DNA of 63,178 bases, filler included, from 5 parts of 5 records of this genome joined end to end with filler, not necessarily neighbours in it; one strand, 5' to 3'; numbered from the whole stretch's first letter, positions 43,065 to 54,753 are shown. A program made the numbers and translations. The notes: generated from the sequence alone by a model not told the origin.

Positions 43065-44065
43065 CGAACCGGGCCATTCTGGCAGAAGCGTTGATCGCAC
43101 AGACGCCATGGAACGGCGCGCACCATGCGCCTTTGGCTGGTGATGCCTCAAACCGTCGGTATGAGCGCTTGACCGACCCCGCAACTGGCCGGACTGCCGT
43201 TTTGATGGACGCCCCGCCCAACAAAGGTGAGGCGGTCGAACCCTTTGCGCGCATGTCGGAATATCTACGCTCCATCGGGCTGAGTGCGCCGGAAATCTAT
43301 GCCGAAGACAGTGAATACGGATTTCTGCTGCTCGAAGATTTAGGGGATGCGCTTTTTGCCCGCGTGTTAAGGGATGATCCGACGCTGGAGCGTACTTTGT
43401 ACGATGCGGCAACAGATGTGCTGGTTCACCTTCACGCCGCCCCAACACTTTCGCTCGACAGTTATGATCCCGCCCTAATGACCGAGTTGGCAGCGCTGTC
43501 GTTCACGAAATACGCGCAAGGCATTCAGGGGTCGCATGACGAAGAAGCCCGCGCCCGGTTCGAACTGCGCTTTGCCGATATCCTGCACCGGGAAACCGGC
43601 GGGACGCGGGTTGTCGTGCAGCGTGATTACCACGCGGAAAACCTGATCTGGTTACCCGAGCGTGACGGTCTGGCGCGCGTGGGTCTGTTGGATTTCCAAA
43701 GTGCGATGCTGGGGCATCCCGCCTACGATCTGATGTCGTTACTGCAGGATGTGCGTCGGACTGTGCCTGTCGGGATCGAAATGCGGATGATCGACCGCTA
43801 CATTACGGCAACCGGCGCGGACGGGCATGATTTCCGCACCGCCTATGCGGTTCTGGGCGCCCAGCGCAATCTGCGCATTCTGGGCGGTTTTGCCCGGCTG
43901 GCGACAGATTACGAAAAACCGCATTACGTTGATCTGATCCCGGCTGCTTGGGCCCATCTGATGCGCGATCTGGAACATCCCGCACTTGTCCCAGTCGCCG
44001 ATTTGCTGCGCAGCGCCCTGCCCGCCCCAAGTTCCGAGAATCTGGCAAAGCTGAGGACGCGATGA
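43061..44065 (+). CDS. amgK: Anomeric MurNAc/GlcNAc kinase-like phosphotransferase
   Basis: GDASNRRY, LLEDLGD, RDYHAENL, LDFQ; upstream of a MurU-like gene. Confidence 0.75.
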   Translation: MTNRAILAEALIAQTPWNGAHHAPLAGDASNRRYERLTDPATGRTAVLMDAPPNKGEAVEPFARMSEYLRSIGLSAPEIYAEDSEYGFLLLEDLGDALFARVLRDDPTLERTLYDAATDVLVHLHAAPTLSLDSYDPALMTELAALSFTKYAQGIQGSHDEEARARFELRFADILHRETGGTRVVVQRDYHAENLIWLPERDGLARVGLLDFQSAMLGHPAYDLMSLLQDVRRTVPVGIEMRMIDRYITATGADGHDFRTAYAVLGAQRNLRILGGFARLATDYEKPHYVDLIPAAWAHLMRDLEHPALVPVADLLRSALPAPSSENLAKLRTR

Positions 44066-44748
44066 CCAACAAGCCCGAAGCTGCAATGCTGTTTGCCGCC
44101 GGATTCGGCACTCGTATGGGTGCCCTGACCAAAGACCGCCCCAAGCCTATGATCGAGGTTTCCGGGCGACCGTTGATCGACCATGCACTGGATCTGATCG
44201 ATGTGCTGCGGCCAATTCGGGTCGTTGCCAACTTGCACTATCGGGCCGATCAGCTGGCCGATCATCTGGCGGGCTATGACGTCGCGCTTTCGCGGGAAGA
44301 ACCACGCATATTGGACACTGGCGGCGGCCTGCGCGCGGCACTGCCACTGCTTGGAACTGGGCCAGTTTTTACCCTGAACAGCGATGCCATCTGGGCGGGG
44401 CCCAACCCGCTGCACCTGCTTCGGGATCATTGGAATCCAGACAAAATGGATGCGCTGCTGATGTGTATCCCGGTTTCGAAAACCCTTGGTCATGCAGGTC
44501 CGGGTGACTTCACTCAGGACAACACCGGGCGGATCACCCGTGGTGCGGGGCTGATTTATGGCGGCGCGCAGATTCTGAAAACCGACGGGTTGAAGGAGAT
44601 CAAGGAAGACGCGTTTTCTCTGAACGTCCTGTGGGACCAGATACAGAAGCAAAAACGCCTGTTTGCGCTGTCTTACCCCGGCCGCTGGTGCGATGTGGGC
44701 CGACCCGAAGGCATTGAACTGGCCGAAGGGCTGATCGCCGATGTTTGA
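44062..44748 (+). CDS. murU: MurNAc-1-P uridylyltransferase-like nucleotidyltransferase
   Basis: AAGFGTRM..LT..RPKP, LDTGGG, W.DVG.PE. Confidence 0.75.
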   Translation: MTNKPEAAMLFAAGFGTRMGALTKDRPKPMIEVSGRPLIDHALDLIDVLRPIRVVANLHYRADQLADHLAGYDVALSREEPRILDTGGGLRAALPLLGTGPVFTLNSDAIWAGPNPLHLLRDHWNPDKMDALLMCIPVSKTLGHAGPGDFTQDNTGRITRGAGLIYGGAQILKTDGLKEIKEDAFSLNVLWDQIQKQKRLFALSYPGRWCDVGRPEGIELAEGLIADV

Positions 44749-47668
44749 ACCCAGCACCCTACCCCGGGTATTTGCGGCACCGCCGGGCGCGGATTTTCCC
44801 AAGGTACTGGTCGACGGGCTTCATCGGCGATTTGAAGGACAGCCACCAGACGCATTGGCCAGAGTCCAGCTTGTGGTCAACACCCGTCGCATGGCGCGCC
44901 GTGTACGCGACCTGTTTGATCGGGGCCCTGCTTGCTTGCTGCCCCGATTGTCACTGGTCACCGATCTGGGTGAAAGCGCTGATCTGGCGCAGGTACCACC
45001 CGCGATTCCGCCTCTGCGTCGCAGGCTGGAGCTGACGCAGCTGATCGCCAAACTACTCGACCAGCAACCAGATCTGGCCGCGCGGTCATCCCTGTTCGAC
45101 CTATCCGACAGCTTGGCCGCGCTGATCGATGAGATGCAGGGCGAAGGTGTCTCACCCGATGCGATCAGACAACTGGATGTCAGTGACATGTCCGGCCACT
45201 GGGCGCGCGCGCAGTCTTTCATAGGCATCGCCGATCAGTTCATGCATTCCGGCGCAGATGCGCTGGATGCACAAGCGAGGCAGCGGCGCGTGGTAGAGAA
45301 CCTGATCGCACGCTGGCAGGTCTCACCACTCGAGCATCCTGTCATTCTGGCGGGCTCTACCGGATCGCGCGGCACCACATTGATGCTGATGCAGGCGGTC
45401 GCTTGCCTGCCACAAGGGGCGTTGGTCCTACCGGGTTATGATTTCGACCAGCCTGAGCATGTCTGGCGCAATCTTGATGACGCACTGACATCCGAAGATC
45501 ATCCGCAATACCGGTTCCGCAAACTGATGCTTGAGCTCGGGCTTCACCCGGACCAAATCCTGCCGTGGACAACGGAGCAGCCCCCCTCGCCCGCCCGTAA
45601 CAAACTGATTTCGCTCGCATTACGTCCTGCCCCGGTCACCGACGCCTGGATGACCGAAGGCCCGACCCTGCCAGACCTGAACGGCGCAACCAAAGATGTT
45701 ACGCTGATCGAAGCCACCTCACCCCGGGCTGAGGCTTTGGCAATTGCGCTTCGTCTGCGCCAGGCGGCTGAGACTGGACAGACCGCCGCGTTGATTACGC
45801 CCGATCGGATGTTGACCCGTCAGGTCAGCGCGGCGTTGGATCGGTGGAATATTCTACCCGACGACAGCGCAGGCCTGCCGCTACAGCTGTCTCCACCAGG
45901 TCGGTTTTTGCGCCATGTCGCCGGGTTGTTCGCGCGCCGTCTGGATGGCGAGGCACTGCTGACATTGCTTAAACATCCGCTATGCCATGATGGCGGGGAT
46001 CGGGGCAGCCATCTATTGCACACCCGCGACCTGGAACTTGACCTGCGTCGACACGGTCCACCTTTTCCAGACAGCACCAGCCTGACCGCCTTTGCCATTC
46101 GCACCGAAACGCCCGAGGATTGGGTCCGCTGGGTGACCAAGATGTTCTGTGATCAATACAGTCCGGGTGAGCGACCCCTGTCGGATTGGGTCACCCGGCT
46201 GCATATTCTGGCCGAGACGATCTCGGCGGGTATGACCGGTGAAACCGGCACCTTGTGGGACAAAAACGCAGGTCAGAAAGCGCTTGCGGTCATCACGGCG
46301 CTGGAGCACGAGGCACAACATGGCGGCGCAATGACCGCCCATGATTTCGCTGATCTTCTGGGTGCACTTTTGGCGGGTGAGGAGGTTCGCGACCGCGATG
46401 CGCCCCACCAGCATCTTATGATCTGGGGCACACTTGAGGCACGCGTACAGGGCGCAGATCTTTTAATCCTTGGCGGCCTGAACGAAGGCAGTTGGCCCGA
46501 GGCCCCGGCCCCTGATCCCTGGCTGAACCGGCAGATGCGCAACGCCGCCGGGCTTTTGTTGCCCGAACGCCGGATCGGTTTGTCAGCGCATGACTTCCAG
46601 CAGGCAGCGGGTGCAGCAGAAGTGGTTTTAACACGCGCGACCCGCTCGGATGATGCGGAAACCGTGCCGTCCCGCTGGCTGAACCGCATGACCAACCTGT
46701 TGCAGGGCTTACCCGAACAGGGCGGAACAGATGCACTCGCGGCAATGCGCGCGCGCGGGCAGCAATGGCTGGATTGGGCGGAAACGCTGGAACAAGCGCC
46801 GCGAATCCCATCTGCGCAACGCCCGTCGCCACGACCGCCGGTTCCTGCACGTCCGCGACAGTTATCAGTGACCGAGATAAAGCGCCTGATCCGCGATCCT
46901 TATGCCATCTACGCCCGGCATGTCTTGCGGTTGAAACCGCTGGATCCGCTAGTTCAAGCCCCAGACGCTCTGTTACGCGGCATCGTCATCCACGAAGTAC
47001 TGGAACAATTCGTCCGCGACAGTGTTCTGGACCCGGCCTTGCTGAGCCGCGAGAACTTTTTAAAACGAGCCGAGGCCTTGTTGGTGGATCATGTTGCGTG
47101 GCTCACGGCCCAAAAGCTCTGGTTGGCGCGACTCGAACGGATCGCCGACCGCTTTCTATCCGCCGAGATACAGCGTCGTTCGGATGGCGGACCTGTGGCT
47201 TTTGAAGCGGGAATGCGAATGGCGCTGACGCCGCTGGATTTTACCATTACCGGGCGGGCCGACCGGATCGACCGAAGCGGGCAAGGGGCGTTACGCATCA
47301 TCGACTACAAGACTGGCGCCCCGCCAACAGAAAGTCAGCAGGCCAAATTCGACAAGCAACTGCTGATCGAGGCCGCGATTGCCGAACAAGGCGGTATCGA
47401 CGGTTTTGATCCGCTCCCCGTTGCGCAGGCGATCTTCATCGGCATGGGTGGAACGTATAAAGAAGTGCCCGCTCCGCTGCTGAAAGAGCCCACAGACAAG
47501 GTTTTGGCAGAGCTGAAAGAGCTGATTTCGGCCTATTTAGAGCCTGATCAGGGATTTTCTTCGCGCCGGATGCTGCATAAGGACACGGATATCGGTGACT
47601 ATGATCACCTCGCCCGGTTTGGGGAATGGGATCGTTCTGCGGAAACTTTCCCTGAGGACCTGAAATGA
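44741..47668 (+). CDS. addB: Double-strand break repair protein AddB
   Basis: AGSTGS, WGTLEAR, LSVTEI..LIRDPY, GRADRID, IIDYKTG. Confidence 0.95.
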   Translation: MFEPSTLPRVFAAPPGADFPKVLVDGLHRRFEGQPPDALARVQLVVNTRRMARRVRDLFDRGPACLLPRLSLVTDLGESADLAQVPPAIPPLRRRLELTQLIAKLLDQQPDLAARSSLFDLSDSLAALIDEMQGEGVSPDAIRQLDVSDMSGHWARAQSFIGIADQFMHSGADALDAQARQRRVVENLIARWQVSPLEHPVILAGSTGSRGTTLMLMQAVACLPQGALVLPGYDFDQPEHVWRNLDDALTSEDHPQYRFRKLMLELGLHPDQILPWTTEQPPSPARNKLISLALRPAPVTDAWMTEGPTLPDLNGATKDVTLIEATSPRAEALAIALRLRQAAETGQTAALITPDRMLTRQVSAALDRWNILPDDSAGLPLQLSPPGRFLRHVAGLFARRLDGEALLTLLKHPLCHDGGDRGSHLLHTRDLELDLRRHGPPFPDSTSLTAFAIRTETPEDWVRWVTKMFCDQYSPGERPLSDWVTRLHILAETISAGMTGETGTLWDKNAGQKALAVITALEHEAQHGGAMTAHDFADLLGALLAGEEVRDRDAPHQHLMIWGTLEARVQGADLLILGGLNEGSWPEAPAPDPWLNRQMRNAAGLLLPERRIGLSAHDFQQAAGAAEVVLTRATRSDDAETVPSRWLNRMTNLLQGLPEQGGTDALAAMRARGQQWLDWAETLEQAPRIPSAQRPSPRPPVPARPRQLSVTEIKRLIRDPYAIYARHVLRLKPLDPLVQAPDALLRGIVIHEVLEQFVRDSVLDPALLSRENFLKRAEALLVDHVAWLTAQKLWLARLERIADRFLSAEIQRRSDGGPVAFEAGMRMALTPLDFTITGRADRIDRSGQGALRIIDYKTGAPPTESQQAKFDKQLLIEAAIAEQGGIDGFDPLPVAQAIFIGMGGTYKEVPAPLLKEPTDKVLAELKELISAYLEPDQGFSSRRMLHKDTDIGDYDHLARFGEWDRSAETFPEDLK

Positions 47669-50600
47669 ATGCCCGCAACGACGCAACCGAACGACAGGTG
47701 CAGGCTGCACGCCCCGAGGCATCGACCTGGCTGGCGGCCAATGCGGGCTCGGGCAAGACGCGGGTCCTGACCGACCGGGTGGCACGTCTGCTGCTGGATG
47801 GCGTTCAACCGCAACACATCCTTTGCCTGACCTACACCAAAGCTGCGGCCAGTGAGATGCAGAACCGACTGTTCAAGCGGCTTGGTAAATGGGCGATGCT
47901 GGGTAATAGCGATCTTCAGGACGAGCTGGTCGAACTTGGTGTACCGGGCGTGATCAAACCCGGCCAGTTGGCACAAGCACGGACACTGTTCGCCCGCGCC
48001 ATTGAAACACCCGGCGGATTGAAAATTCAAACGATCCATTCCTTTTGTGCTTCGCTGCTGCGACGGTTTCCCCTTGAGGCCGAGGTCAGCCCTCAATTCG
48101 CTGAAATGGAAGATCGGTCCGCAGCCTTGTTGCGCGAAGAGATCATTGAAGATTTTGCCGCCGGACCGCAGGCCGGGTTGATCGAGGACGTAGCCCGATT
48201 CATTACTGATACCGGTTTTGACAAGCTGACGGCCGCCGTTGCACAGAAACGTAGTCATTTTGAGCAAACGCTACAGTGGCCGGATATATTGCAACGTTTT
48301 GATCTGCCGGAAGATTTCGATGAACATGCCTTGCTGCAGATGGTATTTCTGGGCGGTGAAGTCGAACTGATCCGCTCTATCCTGCCCGCCCTGAATGAAA
48401 GCGGTGGAAACAACGCCAAAGCCGCGGACAAACTTGCGGGCTTTACCGATACACGGCTAAGCAGCCTGCCGATTTTGGAAAACGTATTTCTGACAGGGAA
48501 GTCGGCAAAAGAACCGTTTACCGCAAAAATCAACGGCTTCCCGACCAAAGCGCTGCGCGACAGGGTGCTCGCCGACCGGATGCCTCAGCTTGAGGACCTT
48601 ATGTTACGGGTCGAATCTGCCCGGGAACAGCGGCTGGCGCTGGTCGCCGCGCAGAAAACCGTTGTTCTTCATCGCTTTGCTGCAGCTTTTCTGCCCGAAT
48701 ACGAGCGGCGCAAGCAATTGCGGGGCTGGCTTGATTTCGACGATCTGATCCTGCGCGCGCGGCAGGTGTTGAACGACCCGGCGGTAGCAGAATGGGTGCT
48801 GTATCGGCTCGACGGTGGCATAGATCATATTCTGGTGGACGAGGCTCAGGATACCAGCCCGGATCAGTGGGACGTGATCGAAAAACTGGCGCAGGAGTTC
48901 ACCAGCGGGGAAGGGGCCCGATCCGGGGTCGAACGCACAATATTTGTGGTCGGTGACAAGAAGCAGTCGATCTATTCTTTCCAGGGCGCCGACCCGCAAG
49001 CCTTTGACCGGATGCAGGCAGAGTTTGGGCGGAAGCTGCAGGAATCAGGCTCTAAACTGTGGGATTCGACGTTGGAGTATTCATTCCGGTCATCCAGCGC
49101 GATCCTGGGACTGGTGGATATTCTGTTCGAAAATCACTCGGATGCGGGCTTCCACAAGGACTCATTGCACCGCGCGTTTAAGGCTGATCTTCCGGGTCGT
49201 GTTGATCTGTGGCCCGTGATCGAAAAGGTGGAAGATGAGGAAGATACCGATTGGACCGATCCGGTCGACCGGCCCAATGCGCGGCACCATACAGTTATTC
49301 TGGCAGAACAGGTGGCCCGGTCGATCAAGGGCATGATCGATGGCGGCACGACAATTCCCGACGAGGGGGAAACTCCAGGCATCTTTGTCCGGCGCAAGGT
49401 GCAGCCCGGCGACTTTTTGATCCTTGTCCAGCGCCGATCAGACTTGTTTGCTGAAATCATCCGCGCCTGCAAAGCTGCTGACCTGCCCATCGCGGGCGCT
49501 GACCGCCTGAAAGTGGGCGCGGAATTGGCCGTAAAAGATCTGGCCGCTTTGCTAAGCTTTCTGGCCACGCCCGAAGACAGCCTCTCCTTGGCCACAGTTC
49601 TGAAATCCCCTCTGTTCGGGTGGTCGGAACAGCAGCTTTTCGATCTGGCGCACCGCAGGGAGGAAACCTACCTTTGGGCCGCTCTGCGCAATCGTTCCGA
49701 GGAATTCACGGAAGTGCTGTTGGTTCTGAACGATTTGCGTGGGCAGACCGACTTTCTGCGCCCCTATGATCTGATTGAGCGTATTCTGACCCGCCATGAC
49801 GGGCGCCGCAAACTGCTGGGCCGCCTAGGGGCCGAGGCTGAGGATGGCATCAACGCGCTGCTGTCTCAGGCGCTGGCCTATGAACGGACGGATATTCCCA
49901 GCCTCACCGGTTTTCTGGTCTGGATGCAAACCGACGATCTGGAGATCAAACGCCAGATGAGTGGTGTCGGCAATATGATCCGGGTGATGACCGTCCATGG
50001 CTCGAAAGGGTTGGAATCCCCGATCGTGATCTTGCCTGATACCGGCAAACGGCAACCTCCACGCGATGCCGAGATCATGATGGCGGCGGATACCCCTTTG
50101 TGGAAGTTGCCTGCTGACGCGTCGCCCGCACTGATCGCTACGGCCCGTGAAGAAGCGCGAAAGCGCGAGGAAAATGAACGACTGCGGTTGCTATATGTGG
50201 CTCTAACAAGGGCCGAGAAGTGGTTGATTGTCGCGGCAGCAGGTGATGTGGGCAAGGATGGCAGCAGCTGGTATCAGATGGTCGAGGCCGCGATGGCGCG
50301 CGCCGGGGCAACTCAGTTACCCGGATCCCAGACTCTGCGGCTGGCGCATGGGGACTGGGACGCGTTGCCTGTTGTTGAGCGTGGCAGCGCCCAGCAAATC
50401 GAGCAAAGCCTGCCAGCCTATTTTGAACATCCTGCGCCGCCAACGTCAGCGCCATCAGAAACGCTGAGCCCCTCTGATCTGGGGGGCGCAAAAGCCCTGC
50501 CCGGCGATGCAGGGCAGGATGAAGAGGCGGCGAAGCTCCGTGGAACGCGGCTGCACCTCCTGCTGGAGCATCTGCCCGTAGTTTCTCAGGATCAATGGCC

Positions 50601-51024
50601 ACAACTCTGCTCACGGCTATTGGCCGGTATGCAGGACGTGGAACGCCAAGAGCTGCTGAATGAGGCTGCTGCTGTCCTGACCGCTGATCATCTGAGGCCT
50701 GTGTTTGCTCCAGAAGCGCTGGCCGAGATTCCGGTTTCCGCTGAACTCAATGGCAGACGAATGCATGGTGTGATTGACCGGCTGGTCGTCACGGAGGGCG
50801 AAGTCCATGTGATTGATTTCAAATCAAATGCGACCGTCCCGGATAACCCAGAAACCTGCCCTGAGGGACTGCTACGCCAGATGGGCGCCTATGCACATGC
50901 CCTGTCGCAAATCTATCCCGATCGCCGTATCCGCACCGCAATCCTATGGACCCGGACTGCGCATTTGATGTGGCTGCCACACGATATGGTGACCAGTGCG
51001 CTGGCGCGTAACCCTATATCTTGA
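47665..51024 (+). CDS. addA: Double-strand break repair helicase/nuclease AddA
   Basis: [55 protein letters not shown]. Confidence 0.96.
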   Translation: MNARNDATERQVQAARPEASTWLAANAGSGKTRVLTDRVARLLLDGVQPQHILCLTYTKAAASEMQNRLFKRLGKWAMLGNSDLQDELVELGVPGVIKPGQLAQARTLFARAIETPGGLKIQTIHSFCASLLRRFPLEAEVSPQFAEMEDRSAALLREEIIEDFAAGPQAGLIEDVARFITDTGFDKLTAAVAQKRSHFEQTLQWPDILQRFDLPEDFDEHALLQMVFLGGEVELIRSILPALNESGGNNAKAADKLAGFTDTRLSSLPILENVFLTGKSAKEPFTAKINGFPTKALRDRVLADRMPQLEDLMLRVESAREQRLALVAAQKTVVLHRFAAAFLPEYERRKQLRGWLDFDDLILRARQVLNDPAVAEWVLYRLDGGIDHILVDEAQDTSPDQWDVIEKLAQEFTSGEGARSGVERTIFVVGDKKQSIYSFQGADPQAFDRMQAEFGRKLQESGSKLWDSTLEYSFRSSSAILGLVDILFENHSDAGFHKDSLHRAFKADLPGRVDLWPVIEKVEDEEDTDWTDPVDRPNARHHTVILAEQVARSIKGMIDGGTTIPDEGETPGIFVRRKVQPGDFLILVQRRSDLFAEIIRACKAADLPIAGADRLKVGAELAVKDLAALLSFLATPEDSLSLATVLKSPLFGWSEQQLFDLAHRREETYLWAALRNRSEEFTEVLLVLNDLRGQTDFLRPYDLIERILTRHDGRRKLLGRLGAEAEDGINALLSQALAYERTDIPSLTGFLVWMQTDDLEIKRQMSGVGNMIRVMTVHGSKGLESPIVILPDTGKRQPPRDAEIMMAADTPLWKLPADASPALIATAREEARKREENERLRLLYVALTRAEKWLIVAAAGDVGKDGSSWYQMVEAAMARAGATQLPGSQTLRLAHGDWDALPVVERGSAQQIEQSLPAYFEHPAPPTSAPSETLSPSDLGGAKALPGDAGQDEEAAKLRGTRLHLLLEHLPVVSQDQWPQLCSRLLAGMQDVERQELLNEAAAVLTADHLRPVFAPEALAEIPVSAELNGRRMHGVIDRLVVTEGEVHVIDFKSNATVPDNPETCPEGLLRQMGAYAHALSQIYPDRRIRTAILWTRTAHLMWLPHDMVTSALARNPIS

Positions 51025-51083
51025 CCTCCCCCCGAACGGCACCTACGTTCTGTGCCCAAGCATTCCCCATTCAGGAGACAGAC

Positions 51084-51404
51084 ATGTCGACCGTTGCCGT
51101 TACCGACGATACCTTTGACGCCGAAGTCAAGAATTCCGATATCCCCGTTGTGGTGGATTTCTGGGCCGAGTGGTGCGGCCCCTGTAAACAGATCGGCCCC
51201 GCCCTGGAAGAGCTGGCAAATGAATACGGTGGCAAAGTGAAGATTGCCAAGGTTGATGTCGACAGCAATCCGAACGCGGCTGCTGCCATGGGTGTTCGTG
51301 GCATTCCGGCGCTGTTTATCTTCAAAGACGGGCAGGTAGTTTCAAACCGCGCGGGCGCTGCGCCCAAGGCGGCCCTGCAAAGCTGGATCGACGAGTCGAT
51401 CTGA
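51084..51404 (+). CDS. trxA: Thioredoxin
   Basis: [18 protein letters not shown]. Confidence 0.97.
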   Translation: MSTVAVTDDTFDAEVKNSDIPVVVDFWAEWCGPCKQIGPALEELANEYGGKVKIAKVDVDSNPNAAAAMGVRGIPALFIFKDGQVVSNRAGAAPKAALQSWIDESI

Positions 51405-51504
51405 NNNNNNNNNNNNNNNNNNNNNNNNNNNNNNNNNNNNNNNNNNNNTTAATTAATTAANNNNNNNNNNNNNNNNNNNNNNNNNNNNNNNNNNNNNNNN
51501 NNNN
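51405..51504. other. Artificial contig spacer 3
   Basis: N44-TTAATTAATTAA-N44. Confidence 0.99.
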
Positions 51505-51524
51505 CGAAAGGCAAGCAAAGCTTG

Positions 51525-51585
51525 CCGGCAGGATTCCAGAGACCTGATTCAGGGAGATTAAATCAGGTCTCTGGGATCCCGCCGG
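51525..51585. repeat. 25-bp near-perfect inverted repeat
   Basis: CCGGCAGGATTCCAGAGACCTGATT / AATCAGGTCTCTGGGATCCCGCCGG, 2 mismatches, 11-nt loop. Confidence 0.85.
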
Positions 51586-51598
51586 GCGACCAGGGTCG

Positions 51599-51627
51599 CC
51601 CTTTCGCGGGCATGGCCCGCTCCCACA
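51599..51627 (-). repeat. REP element (GTGG type)
   Basis: Reverse complement TGTGGGAGCGGGCCATGCCCGCGAAAGGG; 27/29 identical to 56709-56737. Confidence 0.85.
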
Positions 51628-51647
51628 AGAACGACATCATTTGGGGG

Positions 51648-53786
51648 ATGGAAGTGCGGGGGCACAAGACCTTACTACTGGCGTTTCTGCCATGGCTGGC
51701 GCTGTCCGCCCGGGCGGACGCGCCGTTCGATTCCGATAGCGAGGTGCCCCGGGTGCTGACCCCGGCGCGCCTGGACCAGCCCATTTCCGAAGTGCCCGCC
51801 AGCGTCACCATTATCGACCGGGATCTGATCCGCGCCAGCGGCGCCCGGGAGCTGCACGAGGTGCTGCGTCTGGTGCCGGGCATGGCGGTGGCCAAGGCCG
51901 ACGGCAACGTGCCCACCGTTTCCTACCACGGCACCCAGGCCCGCGACGCCCGCCGCATGCTGGTGCTGATCGACGGGCGCAGCGTTTACCAGCCCGGCTT
52001 CGCCCGGGTCAGCTGGAACGATCTGGCGGTCAGCCTGGAAGACGTGGAGCGCATCGAAGTCACCCGTGGCCCGGCCTCCGCCGCCTACGGCGCCAACGCC
52101 TTCACCGGGGTGATCAATATCATCACCCGCGACCCCCGCGACAGTGTCGGCCAGCGGGTCAGCGTGCGCGCCGGCAACAACGGCATCCGCGAGGCGCGCC
52201 TGGGCGCCAGCCACCAGTTCGAGAACGGCGCCTTCCGCGTCAGCGTCAGCAGCCAGCGCGACGACGGCTACGACGCCGGCCTCACGCCGCTGGAAAACGG
52301 CGACGCCAAGCGCGTCGACAAGCTCAACAGTCGCACCGTGTTTGAGCTGTCGCCCCGCGACACCCTCACCGTGCACGCCGGCGGCAGCCGCTCGCGGCTG
52401 GACCGGCCGCCGGAATCCGGCCTGCAGGAACTGGCCGACTACTACGACGACACCCACCAGGTGGGCGAGCGCGCCTTCTTCGGCCTCGACTGGCAGCGCC
52501 AGTTTTCCCCGCGCCACCAGCTCAAGGTGAGCGCCTACGGCCAGTACACCAACGAAGACAACAACCTGGACCTGTGCTTCCGCGACCCGCTCACCGGCGC
52601 CCAGGGCCCCGGCGGCGGCCTGTTCTTCTCCCAGGAACTGCGCGACCTCTACCTGGCCAATAACAGCGACATCGGCCAGACTCTGGCCGCCGCCGGCGCC
52701 GACCCGGGCATCCAGAACCGCTATGCCACCCTGCAGGCCAGCGGCGCGCAAGCGTTCTGCGGCCGCGCCTGGCTGGACACCCAGGAAACCCGCTACGACC
52801 TGGAAATCCAGGACACCCTGCAGGTCACCGACTGGGCGCGGCTGGTGGCCGGCGCCAACCTGCGCCACGACCGGGGCGAATCCCAGGCGTTTCTGTCCGG
52901 CACCGGCGAGAACGTCAGCCGGCGCCTGTTCGCCAATCTGGCGGTGAAGCCGGTGGCGCCGGTGACCATCAGCCTGGGCGGCTTCTGGGAACACGACGAC
53001 ATCAACGGCGAGCACTTCAGCCCGCGCGCCGGCATCAACTGGCAGGTGGTGCGCGGCCACACCCTGCGCGCCTCCTACGCCCGCGCGTTGCGCACCCCGG
53101 ACATCTACGAAGACCAGGCGCGCATCAACCTGCCGATCACCGACCTGAACGCGCCCTTCGCCGGCAACCAGCAAGCGCTGCTGGGCTGGAACCCGGCCTA
53201 CTTCTTCGTCACCCAGCAGAGCCCCGGCATGCTCAAGCCGGAGCGCATCCGCTCCCGCGAGCTGGGCTACTATGGGCGCTTCTTCGCCGGCGCCCTGGGC
53301 GGCTTCGAGCTGGACATCCGCTACTTCCGCGAAGAGCTCTGGGATCTGGTCAGCGGCGCCCTCAACCCGTTCGATTTCGACCCGGCCAACGACGGTGAGG
53401 TGGAGCACCGCGGCACCGAGGCGCAGCTAAGCTGGCGGCCCAATGCCCGCCATCTCCTGCGGCTCACCGGCGCCCATGTGCACACCGAAGCCAACATCGC
53501 CACCGAGCAGCGCTTCGCCGCCCGCGACAGCGCCAGCGCCCTGTGGCATTGGCGCCTGGGCGGCGGCTGGTCCTGGTCCACCGCCTATTACCTGGCCCGC
53601 GATTACAACGACTACCCCTTCGAGCGGCTGGATGCCCGGCTTGGATTCCGACACCGTCTGCATCAGACAGAAGTGGAATGGAATTTCGTGGTCCAACACC
53701 CGCTCAATAAAGAACCGGTGGTTTTTGTCGAAAATGAATACCGGGATGATCAGCGCTATTGGATCGGCGCCACGGTCACTTTCTAG
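51648..53786 (+). CDS. TonB-dependent outer-membrane receptor
   Basis: Signal peptide; plug ASVTIIDR..I..SGA, LVLIDGR, ERIEVTRGP....YGANAF.GVINIIT; C-terminal Phe. Confidence 0.93.
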   Translation: MEVRGHKTLLLAFLPWLALSARADAPFDSDSEVPRVLTPARLDQPISEVPASVTIIDRDLIRASGARELHEVLRLVPGMAVAKADGNVPTVSYHGTQARDARRMLVLIDGRSVYQPGFARVSWNDLAVSLEDVERIEVTRGPASAAYGANAFTGVINIITRDPRDSVGQRVSVRAGNNGIREARLGASHQFENGAFRVSVSSQRDDGYDAGLTPLENGDAKRVDKLNSRTVFELSPRDTLTVHAGGSRSRLDRPPESGLQELADYYDDTHQVGERAFFGLDWQRQFSPRHQLKVSAYGQYTNEDNNLDLCFRDPLTGAQGPGGGLFFSQELRDLYLANNSDIGQTLAAAGADPGIQNRYATLQASGAQAFCGRAWLDTQETRYDLEIQDTLQVTDWARLVAGANLRHDRGESQAFLSGTGENVSRRLFANLAVKPVAPVTISLGGFWEHDDINGEHFSPRAGINWQVVRGHTLRASYARALRTPDIYEDQARINLPITDLNAPFAGNQQALLGWNPAYFFVTQQSPGMLKPERIRSRELGYYGRFFAGALGGFELDIRYFREELWDLVSGALNPFDFDPANDGEVEHRGTEAQLSWRPNARHLLRLTGAHVHTEANIATEQRFAARDSASALWHWRLGGGWSWSTAYYLARDYNDYPFERLDARLGFRHRLHQTEVEWNFVVQHPLNKEPVVFVENEYRDDQRYWIGATVTF

Positions 53787-53862
53787 GGGGCAGAACGGGG
53801 ATGGCAGCCGATGCGGCACGATAACAGCAACACGGACGGCGCCTGGAGGCGCGGCAGCTAGG

Positions 53863-54753
53863 ATGCGTCGCGCCTGGGGGATAGGCTTACTGCTGCTTGG
53901 CGTGGTGGCCGGTGCCGCCGCCGCGGGCGCCCCTGCGTTCGGCGCTTACGCGGCGGACCTGGACGAGCAGGGCGAGCCCGTGCGGCTGGCGGTGCGCGCG
54001 CCTTCCGCGGAGGCCGCCGCCGACTTCGCCGACGCCCTGCGTGCCCTGGGTGACGATAGCCTGCGCCTGGTGGACGACGATCCCGACCTGGTGCTGGCCC
54101 TGGGCGAGCAGGCGTTCCGCGACGCCCTCGCCGCCGAGGGGCCGCCGGTGCTGGGCCTGGCGGTGCCACGCCGCGCCGCCGACCAATTGATCACCGACGA
54201 TTGCCAGTGCAGCGCCATCTGGCAGGGCGTGCCGCTGGACACCCAGCTGGCCTTGTTGCGCGCCTTGCTGCCGGAGGCCCGCCGCATCGGCATTCTGCGC
54301 GCCCCGCACAGCGTCTGGCGGACCCTGCCGGCGGCGCCGCCGGGCCTGAGCCTGGAGGCGGTCACCGTGCCCGAGCCGAGCCGGCTGGGCGTGTTGCTGC
54401 GCCGCCACCTGCCGGAATGGGACGCGCTGCTGCTGCCCGAGGACGGCGCGCTGTTCGACGGTGGCGCGGCCCGGCTGGTGCTGCTCACCAGCTACCGCCA
54501 GCGGGTGCCGGTGGTGGGGCCGGACGGCGCCTACGTGCGCGCCGGCAGCGTCGCCAGCGCCCGCGTGCTGCTTAAGGATCTGGCCGCCGCCGCGCGGGAC
54601 ACGGTGCACGCCCACCAGCGGCTCGGCCACTGGCCCGCGCCGGGCTTCGCCGGCCATTACTCCCTGGCCGTCAACGAGCACGTGGCCGGCGCCTACGACC
54701 TGGGCCCGGTGGAACGGGCGCCCCTGGAACGGATTTTGGAGGCTACGCCATGA
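53863..54753 (+). CDS. Exported ABC substrate-binding-like protein
   Basis: Signal peptide; QL.LLR.LLP.ARRIG, DALLL..D, LLTSYRQRVPVVG....YVRAGS, VNEHVA; overlaps the kinase start (ATGA). Confidence 0.75.
   Translation: MRRAWGIGLLLLGVVAGAAAAGAPAFGAYAADLDEQGEPVRLAVRAPSAEAAADFADALRALGDDSLRLVDDDPDLVLALGEQAFRDALAAEGPPVLGLAVPRRAADQLITDDCQCSAIWQGVPLDTQLALLRALLPEARRIGILRAPHSVWRTLPAAPPGLSLEAVTVPEPSRLGVLLRRHLPEWDALLLPEDGALFDGGAARLVLLTSYRQRVPVVGPDGAYVRAGSVASARVLLKDLAAAARDTVHAHQRLGHWPAPGFAGHYSLAVNEHVAGAYDLGPVERAPLERILEATP

Noticed and set aside
53443-53862. N-terminal 140 aa of the 436-aa ORF
   Set aside because: Overlaps the receptor gene out of frame; the signal peptide starts at 53863
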